From: Phycisphaerae bacterium
Lineage (GTDB): Bacteria > Planctomycetota > Phycisphaerae > WQYP01
Direction of reading: 5' to 3'
Length of the DNA stretch: 52,125 nt
Assembly: GCA_044344145.1 (NCBI GenBank)
Contig: JBIJDM010000001.1
Location: forward strand, 1-52,125
This document shows positions 20,132 to 28,071 of this stretch, one piece after another (position 1 is the stretch's first letter; the number at the start of each line of letters is the position of its first letter). Under the pieces are notes generated by a model that had not been told where the DNA came from, made no database searches, and was given only the letters and a program-made list of their open reading frames with translations. A program made the translations under genes and the position numbers.

Positions 20132-20842
20132 ATGTCCAAAAGTTGTGTCGTATTTGATTTTGACGGCGTCATCGCCGATACCGAAGCCCTGCATTTACAA
20201 GCTTATAACGCCACGTTCGCCAATATGAGCGCCCGCATCGGCGGGCCACTGCGGATCAGTGCCGAGGCCTATTTCGGCAACTACATTGTCTACGGCAACC
20301 ACGATGGTTTCCTGCACATGCTGCGTGACCATGGGCGCAGTTATGAAGAGGCGCTACTGGCCAGTCTGAGCGCCCACAAGGACCAATTATTCACGCAAGG
20401 CATCGGCCAGTTTGTCCAACCGCTGGCCGGGGTGCGCGAAACACTCGCCTATCTGACCTCGGTCCAGGTTCCCCTGGCGATCTGCAGTGGCGCCCGCCGG
20501 GTGGAAATTTTGCATTTGCTCACGGCGTTCAAACTGGCGCAGCATTTCTCGGTCATCGTCGCCATCGAGGATGTCCAGCAGAGCAAACCCGCCCCCGAAG
20601 GCTACACCCGGGCATTCGATCAACTCAACGCCCTGCATGGCAGTGCCCTGAACCGCGCCCAATCACTGGCCATCGAAGACTCCCTCGGCGGCATCACTGC
20701 CGCACGCAGCTCAGGATTGCAGGTCCTCGCGGTGGGCACCAGTCTGCCCCTGCATAAATTGCGCAATCTGACCCCTCTGGTAGTCAATAGCCTCTCAGAA
20801 GTCACAGTCCCACAGTGGCGACAATGGCTCAATTTGGGTTAA
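20132..20842 (+). CDS. HAD-superfamily hydrolase, beta-phosphoglucomutase-like
   Basis: 236 aa. VVFDFDGVIADTE (DxDG nucleophile motif), a later SGARR and a ...IEDSLGGI motif. GGAG RBS. Confidence 0.8.
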   Translation: MSKSCVVFDFDGVIADTEALHLQAYNATFANMSARIGGPLRISAEAYFGNYIVYGNHDGFLHMLRDHGRSYEEALLASLSAHKDQLFTQGIGQFVQPLAGVRETLAYLTSVQVPLAICSGARRVEILHLLTAFKLAQHFSVIVAIEDVQQSKPAPEGYTRAFDQLNALHGSALNRAQSLAIEDSLGGITAARSSGLQVLAVGTSLPLHKLRNLTPLVVNSLSEVTVPQWRQWLNLG

Positions 20843-21222
20843 CTCTGATTTCCCTTCAGACCAATTCCGCCGTAGCCCTGAATATTACATTCATATATAC
20901 GTATTTATAGTGCCAAAACCTTGCGAATACGCCATCCTTGAGACTGGATGTGCTGACAATCAAGGTAAGACGGTAAAAATCCCACTACATACGAAGTGGG
21001 ATGCTGGCTTGATAAAATTGCTCCACATATGCTCAACGATAGCAACTACTGATAATGCGACCATTATATATTTTGTCGTGATTATTGCTGCAACAGGATA
21101 TTTTCTACACTTTGTCGTTGACTGGTCTACATTCCGTGCTATATTTGATGGTCGTTGTGATCTCCGATTAGACGGTTGTTGACGTCAATCAAGATTGTTG
21201 TGTCGTATTTTGGAGCAGTTAT

Positions 21223-21960
21223 ATGACAGTATTACATGCGGGTTTGGGATTCGTGCTGGCCATGGTCGTGGCCTCGGTGCAGGGCAGTGCCATCGTGCAA
21301 CGTTTTGAAGTTGGCAATCATTTTCCCAACCAGATCGCTACCGGTACCTTCCAGTATTTCGATAACTCCAGCGGTTTGCAGACGTTGCAATCGGTCACCA
21401 TTGAAACCAACCTCCAGCAGTGGTCGGGCTTTTTCGCTGTGGACAACGATGACACCACATTAAAAACGGGTCTTGCCAACAAAGGCGTGACGGCGAATAT
21501 CTCCAGCAGCGCTCCGCGTCTGAACCCCATAGTGTCCAGTGGACTCACGTTATTGGATATGACCAACCTGAATTTGATCATGACCAAAACTTTCAATCTG
21601 CAGCCCAATTCCGGGGATATGGTCGGTCAGTATAACCAAACCCTGGCGTCCGATTGGGATTCGCTGGTTGGCCCCACCTACGCCAACCGTAATGAAATGA
21701 CCCGTGGGCCGGTACAAGCACGATATCAGAGCGACTACATGTGGGATCTGGACCCCTTGAATGCAACTTTTGATATCACCTTCATCACCTCGCAGCAGGA
21801 AAATTTCAGCGGTAGCGGTAATCTGTGGACGTCTGGTGGCGCATCTGAAGCAGCCGGTTATATTCAAATTGTTTACACCTATATTCCAGAACCCGGCAGC
21901 CTGAGTTTGCTGGGTCTGGGAGCTGCGGGTTTGCTGCTGCGTCGGCGTAAGAGCAAGTAA
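21223..21960 (+). CDS. PEP-CTERM sorting-domain secreted protein
   Basis: 245 aa. N-terminal signal peptide (GLGFVLAMVVASVQG). C-terminal IPEPGSLSLLGLGAAGLLLRRRKSK, which is PEP, a TM helix and a basic tail. GGAG RBS. Confidence 0.85.
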   Translation: MTVLHAGLGFVLAMVVASVQGSAIVQRFEVGNHFPNQIATGTFQYFDNSSGLQTLQSVTIETNLQQWSGFFAVDNDDTTLKTGLANKGVTANISSSAPRLNPIVSSGLTLLDMTNLNLIMTKTFNLQPNSGDMVGQYNQTLASDWDSLVGPTYANRNEMTRGPVQARYQSDYMWDLDPLNATFDITFITSQQENFSGSGNLWTSGGASEAAGYIQIVYTYIPEPGSLSLLGLGAAGLLLRRRKSK

Positions 21961-21985
21961 ACCCTCACACCAAGTAATTCACTCC

Positions 21986-22017
21986 AAGGCATCACACGAA
22001 GTGTGGTGCCTTTTTTG
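21986..22017 (+). terminator. Rho-independent terminator after the PEP-CTERM gene
   Basis: AAGGCATCACAC-gaa-GTGTGGTGCCTT (one G.T pair) followed by TTTTTTG. Confidence 0.7.
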
Positions 22018-22171
22018 TTGCAGCCAGCCCCAAATGTTGCGGATGCAATGTTTGCATACCAAACATACCGCTGATGGGGAGATTAACCGTCTCCCACCAC
22101 GCTCCAATCATCGCCCAAATCCGCACCAAAATCATCCAAATACAAATTGTGGATATATCTATCCATTACAC

Positions 22172-22200
22172 TTTACAGACCGACGTTTTACCCTTATACA
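22172..22200 (+). promoter_or_regulatory. Candidate sigma70-type promoter for the malic enzyme gene
   Basis: TTTACA-N17-TATACA, ~110 nt upstream of the ATG at 22313. Confidence 0.3.
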
Positions 22201-22312
22201 GTGCATACTGAGGAAGAATTTGTTGCCGTTCTCATCTCTAATCAGGCAACCCCGTTTGTGCGGTCCGGGAACTCTGCTCGCACCTGTGCTCTGTGTTAAA
22301 GGAATCTCTTTC

Positions 22313-23761
22313 ATGGCCATCATGCCGTCAGCCGCGTACAGTCTCAAAATCACCGTCCGCATTCCCAATCGGGCGGGTAATTTCGCCAAGATCGCCGGCG
22401 CTATCGCCAGCGTGGGCGGAGACCTGAACAGTGTCACCATTCTGTCGGAAACCCGCGATGAACTGGTGCGCGAAATCACGGCCTATGGCCGCGATCTCAA
22501 GCACGAACAGGAAATCGCCGCAGCCGTGTGCCGGATTCCGGAAATCAAAATTATCTCCATCCATGACCGCACCTTTGACCTGCACAACGGGGGCAAACTC
22601 AGCGTCGTGGGCAAAACCCCGCTGACGGGGCCGGCGGAACTGTCCATGGCCTATACCCCGGGCGTGGCCCGCGTGTGTATGGCCATCGCCGATGACAAAC
22701 ACATGGCCCAGCGTCTGACCATCAAACGCAACACCGTCGCGGTCGTCTCCGACGGCACTGCCGTGCTGGGTCTGGGCGATATCGGCCCCGAAGCCGCCAT
22801 GCCTGTCATGGAAGGCAAGGCCCAACTGTTCAAGGAATTCGGCGGCGTGGACGCGTTCCCGATCTGTATCGCCACCAAGGATGTCGAAGAAATCATCAAA
22901 CTGGTCAAGCTCCTCGCCCCCACTTTTGGCGGCGTGAATCTGGAAGACATCTCGGCTCCGCGTTGCTTCGAAATTGAAGAACGCCTCAAAGCCGAACTCG
23001 ATATGCCCATCTTCCACGATGACCAGCATGGCACGGCCATTGTCGCGTTGGCGGCCCTCATCAACGCGCTCAAGATCGTCGGCAAGAAGATGGACGAAAT
23101 CTGCATCGTGGTCTGCGGCGTCGGCGCCGCCGGCGTGGCCTGCAGCAAGATCTTCATGAATGCCGGGGCCAAGAATGTTGTTGGCGTGGATACCTCCGGC
23201 GCCATCTACAAGGGCCGCACCGAGAATATGAACCCCGTCAAACAGTGGTACGCCGACCACACCAATCCCGAGAACCGCAAAGGCACCATCCATGATGTGA
23301 TCAAGGGCGCCGATGTGTTTGTGGGTCTGTCCAAGCCCGGCCAGATCACGGTGCTGGATGTGGAAAACATGGCCAAGAACCCGATCGTGTTCGCCATGAG
23401 CAACCCGGTCCCGGAAATCATGCCCGAAGAAGCCGCCCCGCATGTGGCCATCATGGCCACCGGCCGCAGCGACTACCCCAACCAGATCAACAACGTGCTG
23501 GCCTTCCCCGGCCTGTTCCGCGGGGCACTGGATGTGCATGCCACCAAGATCACCGAAGGCATGAAAGTGGCCGCCGCACTGGCCATCGCCAACCTCGTCG
23601 GCAGCGAAGCCCGGGCCAACTACATCATCCCGTCGCCGTTTGACCGCCGCGTGGCCCCGGCCGTGGCCGAAGCCGTCCGCAACGCCGCCATCGCCGAAGG
23701 CGTGGCCCGGTTGAATGACCCCGCCGATGCGGAAATCACTCTGGCCACGATCAAGCGGTAA
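22313..23761 (+). CDS. NAD(P)-dependent malic enzyme with N-terminal ACT-like domain
   Basis: ORF 22001..23761. The N-terminal 104 codons look non-coding (AT-rich, and they overlap the upstream terminator). ATG at 22313 (MAIMPSAAYSLKITVRIPNRAGNFAKIAG...). Motifs AYTPGVA, DGTAVLGLGDIG and the VCGVGAAGVA dinucleotide loop. Confidence 0.85.
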   Translation: MAIMPSAAYSLKITVRIPNRAGNFAKIAGAIASVGGDLNSVTILSETRDELVREITAYGRDLKHEQEIAAAVCRIPEIKIISIHDRTFDLHNGGKLSVVGKTPLTGPAELSMAYTPGVARVCMAIADDKHMAQRLTIKRNTVAVVSDGTAVLGLGDIGPEAAMPVMEGKAQLFKEFGGVDAFPICIATKDVEEIIKLVKLLAPTFGGVNLEDISAPRCFEIEERLKAELDMPIFHDDQHGTAIVALAALINALKIVGKKMDEICIVVCGVGAAGVACSKIFMNAGAKNVVGVDTSGAIYKGRTENMNPVKQWYADHTNPENRKGTIHDVIKGADVFVGLSKPGQITVLDVENMAKNPIVFAMSNPVPEIMPEEAAPHVAIMATGRSDYPNQINNVLAFPGLFRGALDVHATKITEGMKVAAALAIANLVGSEARANYIIPSPFDRRVAPAVAEAVRNAAIAEGVARLNDPADAEITLATIKR

Positions 23762-23791
23762 CGCCGTTCCGATTCCGTCATAAATCCCACA

Positions 23792-23824
23792 AAGCCGCAG
23801 GTTCATCCCTGCGGCTTTTTCTTT
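23792..23824 (+). terminator. Rho-independent terminator after the malic enzyme gene
   Basis: AAGCCGCAGG-ttcatc-CCTGCGGCTT (10-bp stem) followed by TTTCTTT. Confidence 0.8.
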
Positions 23825-23890
23825 GGCTCATCCGGTATCGCCGGGGAATGTTTGATAGGGGCAGAACCGCAGCAAGGTGGTTCGGGTTTT

Positions 23891-23986
23891 CATGCCGGAG
23901 GCATGATAGCGGGTAGCCGGTGGTTGCAACGAAGTGGAAACCACCGGATCAGAACGATGCGCTATGGGCACCCCGGCAGGGGTGCC
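23891..23986 (+). repeat. Left arm of a REPIN-like inverted repeat (three-hairpin element)
   Basis: Three hairpins: CATGCC-gga-GGCATG, CCGGTGGTT-13nt-AACCACCGG and GGCACCCC-ggca-GGGGTGCC. Homologous to the reverse complement of 24049-24143. Confidence 0.7.
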
Positions 23987-24048
23987 AGCAATTATTGACG
24001 GATGACAAGCTATTTCGTTGGGAGTGGGCGTAGTCACATATCTGCTGC

Positions 24049-24143
24049 CATCCCTGCCGGGATGGTGGAGATATTCCGCACCGTTACCGGTGGATTGCGC
24101 TGCGCTCCAACCACCGGCTACCAGCTGTAATGCCTCCGGCATT
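24049..24143 (-). repeat. Right arm of the REPIN-like inverted repeat
   Basis: The reverse complement reads AATGCCGGAGGCATT...GGTAGCCGGTGGTTG...CCACCGG...CATCCCGGCAGGGATG. The hairpin order matches the left arm, with compensatory substitutions. Confidence 0.7.
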
Positions 24144-24204
24144 AAGATGAAACTACCCAGACTTGGGGCGCATACCATCCCCGTTCCCCGGAAATACCAG
24201 ATGA

Positions 24205-24241
24205 ACCAAAGAAAAGCCCCCAGCTTTATGGGCCGGGGGCT
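24205..24241 (-). terminator. Possible terminator of the GH94 gene
   Basis: Minus strand AGCCCCC-13nt-GGGGGCT followed by TTTTCTTTGG. Confidence 0.4.
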
Positions 24242-24268
24242 GGTGTATTTAAGTAATATTCTGCAACT

Positions 24269-26719
24269 TTAGCTGATCGTCACGACCACATCATGTTCCT
24301 TGCCATCACCGATGGCGGGAACCGTCTGGCCGACAATCGGCTTGCCATCCATCGTAATGGCGACCTTGCCCTTTTGGATGCCCTTGGGCTTCTGAATGCT
24401 GATCGCATACGTGGCGCCGCGATAGTTGCGGGTCATCTTGGCCCACGTCCAGTCGCTGGGCAGGCACGGGTCAATGAACAGGCCGTCGAGTTCCGGCTTC
24501 ACGCCCAACATACCTTCCCAAACCACAATCAGCGTCCAGCACGCCGTGCCGGTGGCCCAACTGTGCGAGCCTTCGCCGTAACGGTCGGATTCCTTGGCGT
24601 TGATGAACTGGCACGCGGCATAGGGCTCGATGCGATACAGATCGGGATCGGCCTCGTGCCGGGTCGGGGGCAGCATCTTGTGCAGGATTTCGTACCCCTT
24701 GTCACCACGCCCTGCGGCCAACTCGGCCCAGATGCGCCAACGTGAGCAATGCCCGAAGATCGAACCGTTTTCCTTGGTGCCCGGGGCAAAGCGGCTGATG
24801 ATGCCGGCCCGCGGTTCGGGCTGCATGTACGGCGGATAGAACGGATAGGTGCCGATCGGGTCATCGAGATATTTGTCGAACGACTTGAGGATGCTGGCCG
24901 TGCGTTTCTTATCGGCAATGCCCGCGACAATACAGAAGCTGTTGGGATCGCTCCAGATCTTGGCGTACTTATTGGTCTTGACGCCCATTTCCCAGCCGCT
25001 GTCGTGCATCGAACGCTGGTACCACTGGCCCGCCCAGGCGATCTTGTTGATCGTGTCGGTCAGCTTCTTGATCCGTGCGGTATAGAGCTTGACGGCTTTC
25101 TTGTCCTTCATGAACTCCATACACGGCAGGAACTCGCGGATGCAATACACCGCCCAGGCCGCCAGCATGGTCGAATCACCCTTGTGAGCGTTGCCCACCT
25201 GATCCAGCGCATCGTTCCAGTCGGCCTTGAGAATCAACGGCAGACCACGCTTGGAGAAGTGCTTGAAGAAGAAGTCCAGACCCTGCATGACGTGGGCATA
25301 GATACTGGCTTTCTTCTTGCTGGCGCCACCCTGCGGCTGAAGGTAAGGAGTGATTTCCTTGAGGATCGAGAAGTCACCGGTTTCGCGGACATAACGCGAG
25401 AGAATGAACAGCGGATTGATCGGGTCGTCGGAATGGAACGTCCGCGTGCCGATGTACGACACAAAGTTCCCGCCGTGGGCCCAGTCGCCCTGCTCGAACT
25501 GCCAGATGAAGATGCGCTTCACCAGATGTTCGCGCACCCACGCGGGGTCCTGCGGCAGACGCGACACGGCGTCCTGACAGGCATCGCGGATGCCGAAGTT
25601 GTAAATGCCGAAATAGCAGTAACCGGTGTTGCGGTTCCACCAGCTCAGATTCGAGCCCTGATACTTGAACCAATAATTGACGATGTTGTTCAGATCGCCA
25701 TCGGGCGTTTCGATGGTGGGCGTGGAGACCACGCGGGTCCAGTAGGCCTGATTGTTGGCAAAGGCCGCATCGGCCAGCGCCGGCGTGCCGTATTTCTTCA
25801 TCAGTTTGCTGGCATCCTTGTCGCTGGGCACGGTGCCCAGAACAATCACATATTCCACGCTCTCGCCGGGTTGCAGTTCAAAGCGGTGTTGCAGGGCATG
25901 ACACGCATCGCGGCCAATCGCCGCCACATCGCGCAGCTTGCCGCTGTCCATGACCTGGGGATTGGCCAGATCGCGGTAGAAGCCGATGAACTCGTGCCGG
26001 TCGCCTTCATAACCCACCACCGGGGCGGAACTGGCGGTAAAGACAGCCTTGTCGTAGGGAATGTTGTTGGCGTTGGAATTGGCTGCCTGCCAACCGCCGA
26101 TATACTTCACCCACTGGGTGGCGCGGGTGTAGAGCACGCCGTTCTTGAAGTTCTGCCGGTTGAAGAGAAGGTAGAATTCGCGCCACGAGGTATCTTCAAA
26201 CCAGTTGCCAATCGCCACTTCGCAGTAATTCGTCGCCGAGATCACGCGCTTGCGATCGGACTTGTTGGTCAGTTTCACTTTCCACAGTTCGCAGGGATCG
26301 CCCACATCATCGCCGGTGGCCTTGACGGCATCGGGCATGGGGGTGAAATACAGAATCTCGCTGGCGATGCCTTCCTGTTCCGCGGTGATGCGGTTATAGC
26401 CCAGACCGATATGGCAGTCCCAGCGGTCCAGTTTCTTGGTCGGCGGGTAACCGTTGCCAGTCCACCACGCGCCCGATTCTTCATCGCGCAGATACACAAA
26501 CTTGCCCACGGTATCGCGCGGCACTCCGTCAATGTGCCAACGCGTGATGCGTTCCACCGTCGGGTTACCCCGGAACGAATAACCGCCGCCGAGATGGCTG
26601 GCCACATAACACCAGTTACCATTCGACAGAATGTTCATCCACGGCCGTTGCAGCAAGGGATTGGTTAAGACGAATTCCTTGCCATCGGGCGAAAAATTAC
26701 CGTACGAGGTCGGCTGCAT
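24269..26719 (-). CDS. GH94-family disaccharide phosphorylase (cellobiose/chitobiose phosphorylase-like)
   Basis: 816 aa. The N-terminus YGNFSPDGKEFVLTNPLLQRPWMNILSNGNWCYVASHLGGGYSF and the length are typical of cellobiose/chitobiose phosphorylases. Substrate not assignable. Confidence 0.75.
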   Translation of the reverse strand: MQPTSYGNFSPDGKEFVLTNPLLQRPWMNILSNGNWCYVASHLGGGYSFRGNPTVERITRWHIDGVPRDTVGKFVYLRDEESGAWWTGNGYPPTKKLDRWDCHIGLGYNRITAEQEGIASEILYFTPMPDAVKATGDDVGDPCELWKVKLTNKSDRKRVISATNYCEVAIGNWFEDTSWREFYLLFNRQNFKNGVLYTRATQWVKYIGGWQAANSNANNIPYDKAVFTASSAPVVGYEGDRHEFIGFYRDLANPQVMDSGKLRDVAAIGRDACHALQHRFELQPGESVEYVIVLGTVPSDKDASKLMKKYGTPALADAAFANNQAYWTRVVSTPTIETPDGDLNNIVNYWFKYQGSNLSWWNRNTGYCYFGIYNFGIRDACQDAVSRLPQDPAWVREHLVKRIFIWQFEQGDWAHGGNFVSYIGTRTFHSDDPINPLFILSRYVRETGDFSILKEITPYLQPQGGASKKKASIYAHVMQGLDFFFKHFSKRGLPLILKADWNDALDQVGNAHKGDSTMLAAWAVYCIREFLPCMEFMKDKKAVKLYTARIKKLTDTINKIAWAGQWYQRSMHDSGWEMGVKTNKYAKIWSDPNSFCIVAGIADKKRTASILKSFDKYLDDPIGTYPFYPPYMQPEPRAGIISRFAPGTKENGSIFGHCSRWRIWAELAAGRGDKGYEILHKMLPPTRHEADPDLYRIEPYAACQFINAKESDRYGEGSHSWATGTACWTLIVVWEGMLGVKPELDGLFIDPCLPSDWTWAKMTRNYRGATYAISIQKPKGIQKGKVAITMDGKPIVGQTVPAIGDGKEHDVVVTIS

Positions 26720-26928
26720 GTGTTTATGTTCCTGAAAAGATACGCCGGCAGCATTCTGGCATCACTTGCGCCAGAACGAGTCGGTTGGCCCAATAATCTA
26801 AGCTATGGGACCCAAACTTGCCACTGATAAAGGACCAGAAGGTAGGGTTAAACGTCACGCCCCGGCCTGATCCAGAATTTTAGCTGGTATAATCTCCTCT
26901 AAGTACACCTCTTTGCGTAACTTAGCAT

Positions 26929-26957
26929 TTGCCAAAACCTGCCCCACGGGGTATATT
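26929..26957 (+). promoter_or_regulatory. Candidate sigma70-type promoter for rpsB
   Basis: TTGCCA-N17-TATATT. Implies a ~190-nt leader. An alternative extended -10 (TGGTATAAT) lies at 26885-26893. Confidence 0.35.
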
Positions 26958-27152
26958 GCCGAATTCGGTCGGGTTGCCCCCTCGATGACATAGCGTATGT
27001 CATTGCGAATCGGTGGCGTTTTTGTTCTGCCCGTAGTCGTTACCCTCAGGGTAGTGGCGTTAATCGGGCCGAAGCGATGCACAACCCTGCGACACCAGGC
27101 GTGTCGGCCCCGGCCCGGGTTTGGGATCGCTGCTTGTTATAGGAGCCATTTC

Positions 27153-27986
27153 ATGGCGAATCCGGAATTTGTCAAAGAGATCATCGAAGCCGGCGTTCAC
27201 TTCGGCCACCGCTGCAGCCGTTGGAACCCCAAGATGAAGCCCTTCATCTACGGCAAACGCAACCTCATCCACATCATTGACGTCCGCCAGACCCTCAAGG
27301 GTGTGCTGGTCGCCAAGAAGTTCCTCAACCAGATCGTCCTGGGTGGCAAAGATGTGCTGCTCGTGGGCACCAAGCGTCAGGCCCGCACCGTGGTGGAAGA
27401 AATCGGCAAGGCCACTGGCATGCCCTTCGTCGCGGAACGTTGGTTGGGCGGTATGCTCACCAACTACAGCACCATCCGCAGCCGTTTGCAGCGTTTGGAA
27501 GAGTTGGAAGCCACCCTGCAGGCCCCCGATGTGAGTAAGAAATTCTCCAAGAAAATGGAATCCAGCCTGAAGCGCGAATATCGCAAGATTCTGCGCAACT
27601 TGTCGGGCGTCCGCACCATGAACCGTCTGCCCGGCGCCGTGCTGGTCATTGACGTCAAGCGCGAAGCCATCGCCGTCCGCGAAGCCCGCACGCTGGGCAT
27701 CCCCGTGATCGGTATCATCGATACCGATTCCGATCCGGATATGGTGGATATCGCCATCCCGGCCAATGATGATGCCATGCGGGCACTGGATCTGATGCTG
27801 AAGGAAATCACCAGCACGCTGGTGGAAGCCAAAGCCAGCCGTTCGCAACGTGATGAACCCCAGGCGTCGAAAGATGGCGACCAGCGGCAGCAGAAGCCCC
27901 GTCGGCGTCGCACCACGACCGCCCAGTTTGAAAATGATGCCGCCAAGCCCGAAGCCGCTGCGGAAGCCCCCAGCGCTCAGGCCTGA
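27153..27986 (+). CDS. rpsB: 30S ribosomal protein S2
   Basis: ORF 26997..27986. ATG at 27153 follows AGGAG. MANPEFVKEIIEAGVHFGHRCSRWNPKMKPFIYGKRNLIHIIDV is a canonical S2 N-terminus. Charged low-complexity C-terminal tail. No tsf gene downstream. Confidence 0.95.
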   Translation: MANPEFVKEIIEAGVHFGHRCSRWNPKMKPFIYGKRNLIHIIDVRQTLKGVLVAKKFLNQIVLGGKDVLLVGTKRQARTVVEEIGKATGMPFVAERWLGGMLTNYSTIRSRLQRLEELEATLQAPDVSKKFSKKMESSLKREYRKILRNLSGVRTMNRLPGAVLVIDVKREAIAVREARTLGIPVIGIIDTDSDPDMVDIAIPANDDAMRALDLMLKEITSTLVEAKASRSQRDEPQASKDGDQRQQKPRRRRTTTAQFENDAAKPEAAAEAPSAQA

Positions 27987-28009
27987 TTAACTGCCTCTTG
28001 AATCACTCG

Positions 28010-28071
28010 GGGGACGTGCGATGACTAAGCAGACCGAACTTGCTTTAGCCCGCACGTCCCCTGTTTTTTTT
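28010..28071 (+). terminator. Long-hairpin rho-independent terminator after rpsB, enclosing the PAP2 start codon
   Basis: GGGGACGTGCG (28010-28020) pairs perfectly with CGCACGTCCCC (28051-28061), with an inner AAGCA/TGCTT pairing, followed by TGTTTTTTTT. Confidence 0.6.

Noticed and set aside
20910-21182. 90-aa ORF (GTG start) in the AT-rich region upstream of the PEP-CTERM gene
   Set aside because: No RBS, odd composition, and a position in what looks like a promoter/regulatory region. It could be a small membrane peptide, but the sequence alone does not support it.
22328-23806. 492-aa minus-strand ORF opposite the malic enzyme gene. Similar long antisense ORFs occur at 3593-4711, 12808-13905, 14972-16033, 38052-39242, 40161-41384, 43845-44990 and 46435-47115.
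   Set aside because: All lie opposite genes with unambiguous family motifs and have G/R/H/A-rich nonsense-like translations. I treated them as non-coding.
23828-24178. 116-aa ORF spanning the inverted repeat pair
   Set aside because: It reads straight through both arms of a palindromic structured repeat. It has no RBS, and its sequence consists of repeat-derived strings. More likely an annotation artefact than a protein.
24749-26668. 639-aa plus-strand ORF opposite the GH94 gene
   Set aside because: An antisense shadow of a well-supported 816-aa gene. Composition is biased to R/G/A/H/V, with no RBS and no motif.
26885-26893. Extended -10 element TGGTATAAT upstream of the preferred rpsB promoter
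   Set aside because: It has no recognisable -35, and the second candidate (TTGCCA-N17-TATATT) is more complete. Either could be real, and the choice cannot be made without TSS data.
26855-27082. 75-aa minus-strand ORF in the GH94/rpsB intergenic region
   Set aside because: It overlaps the predicted rpsB promoter and leader. No RBS, and no partner gene context.
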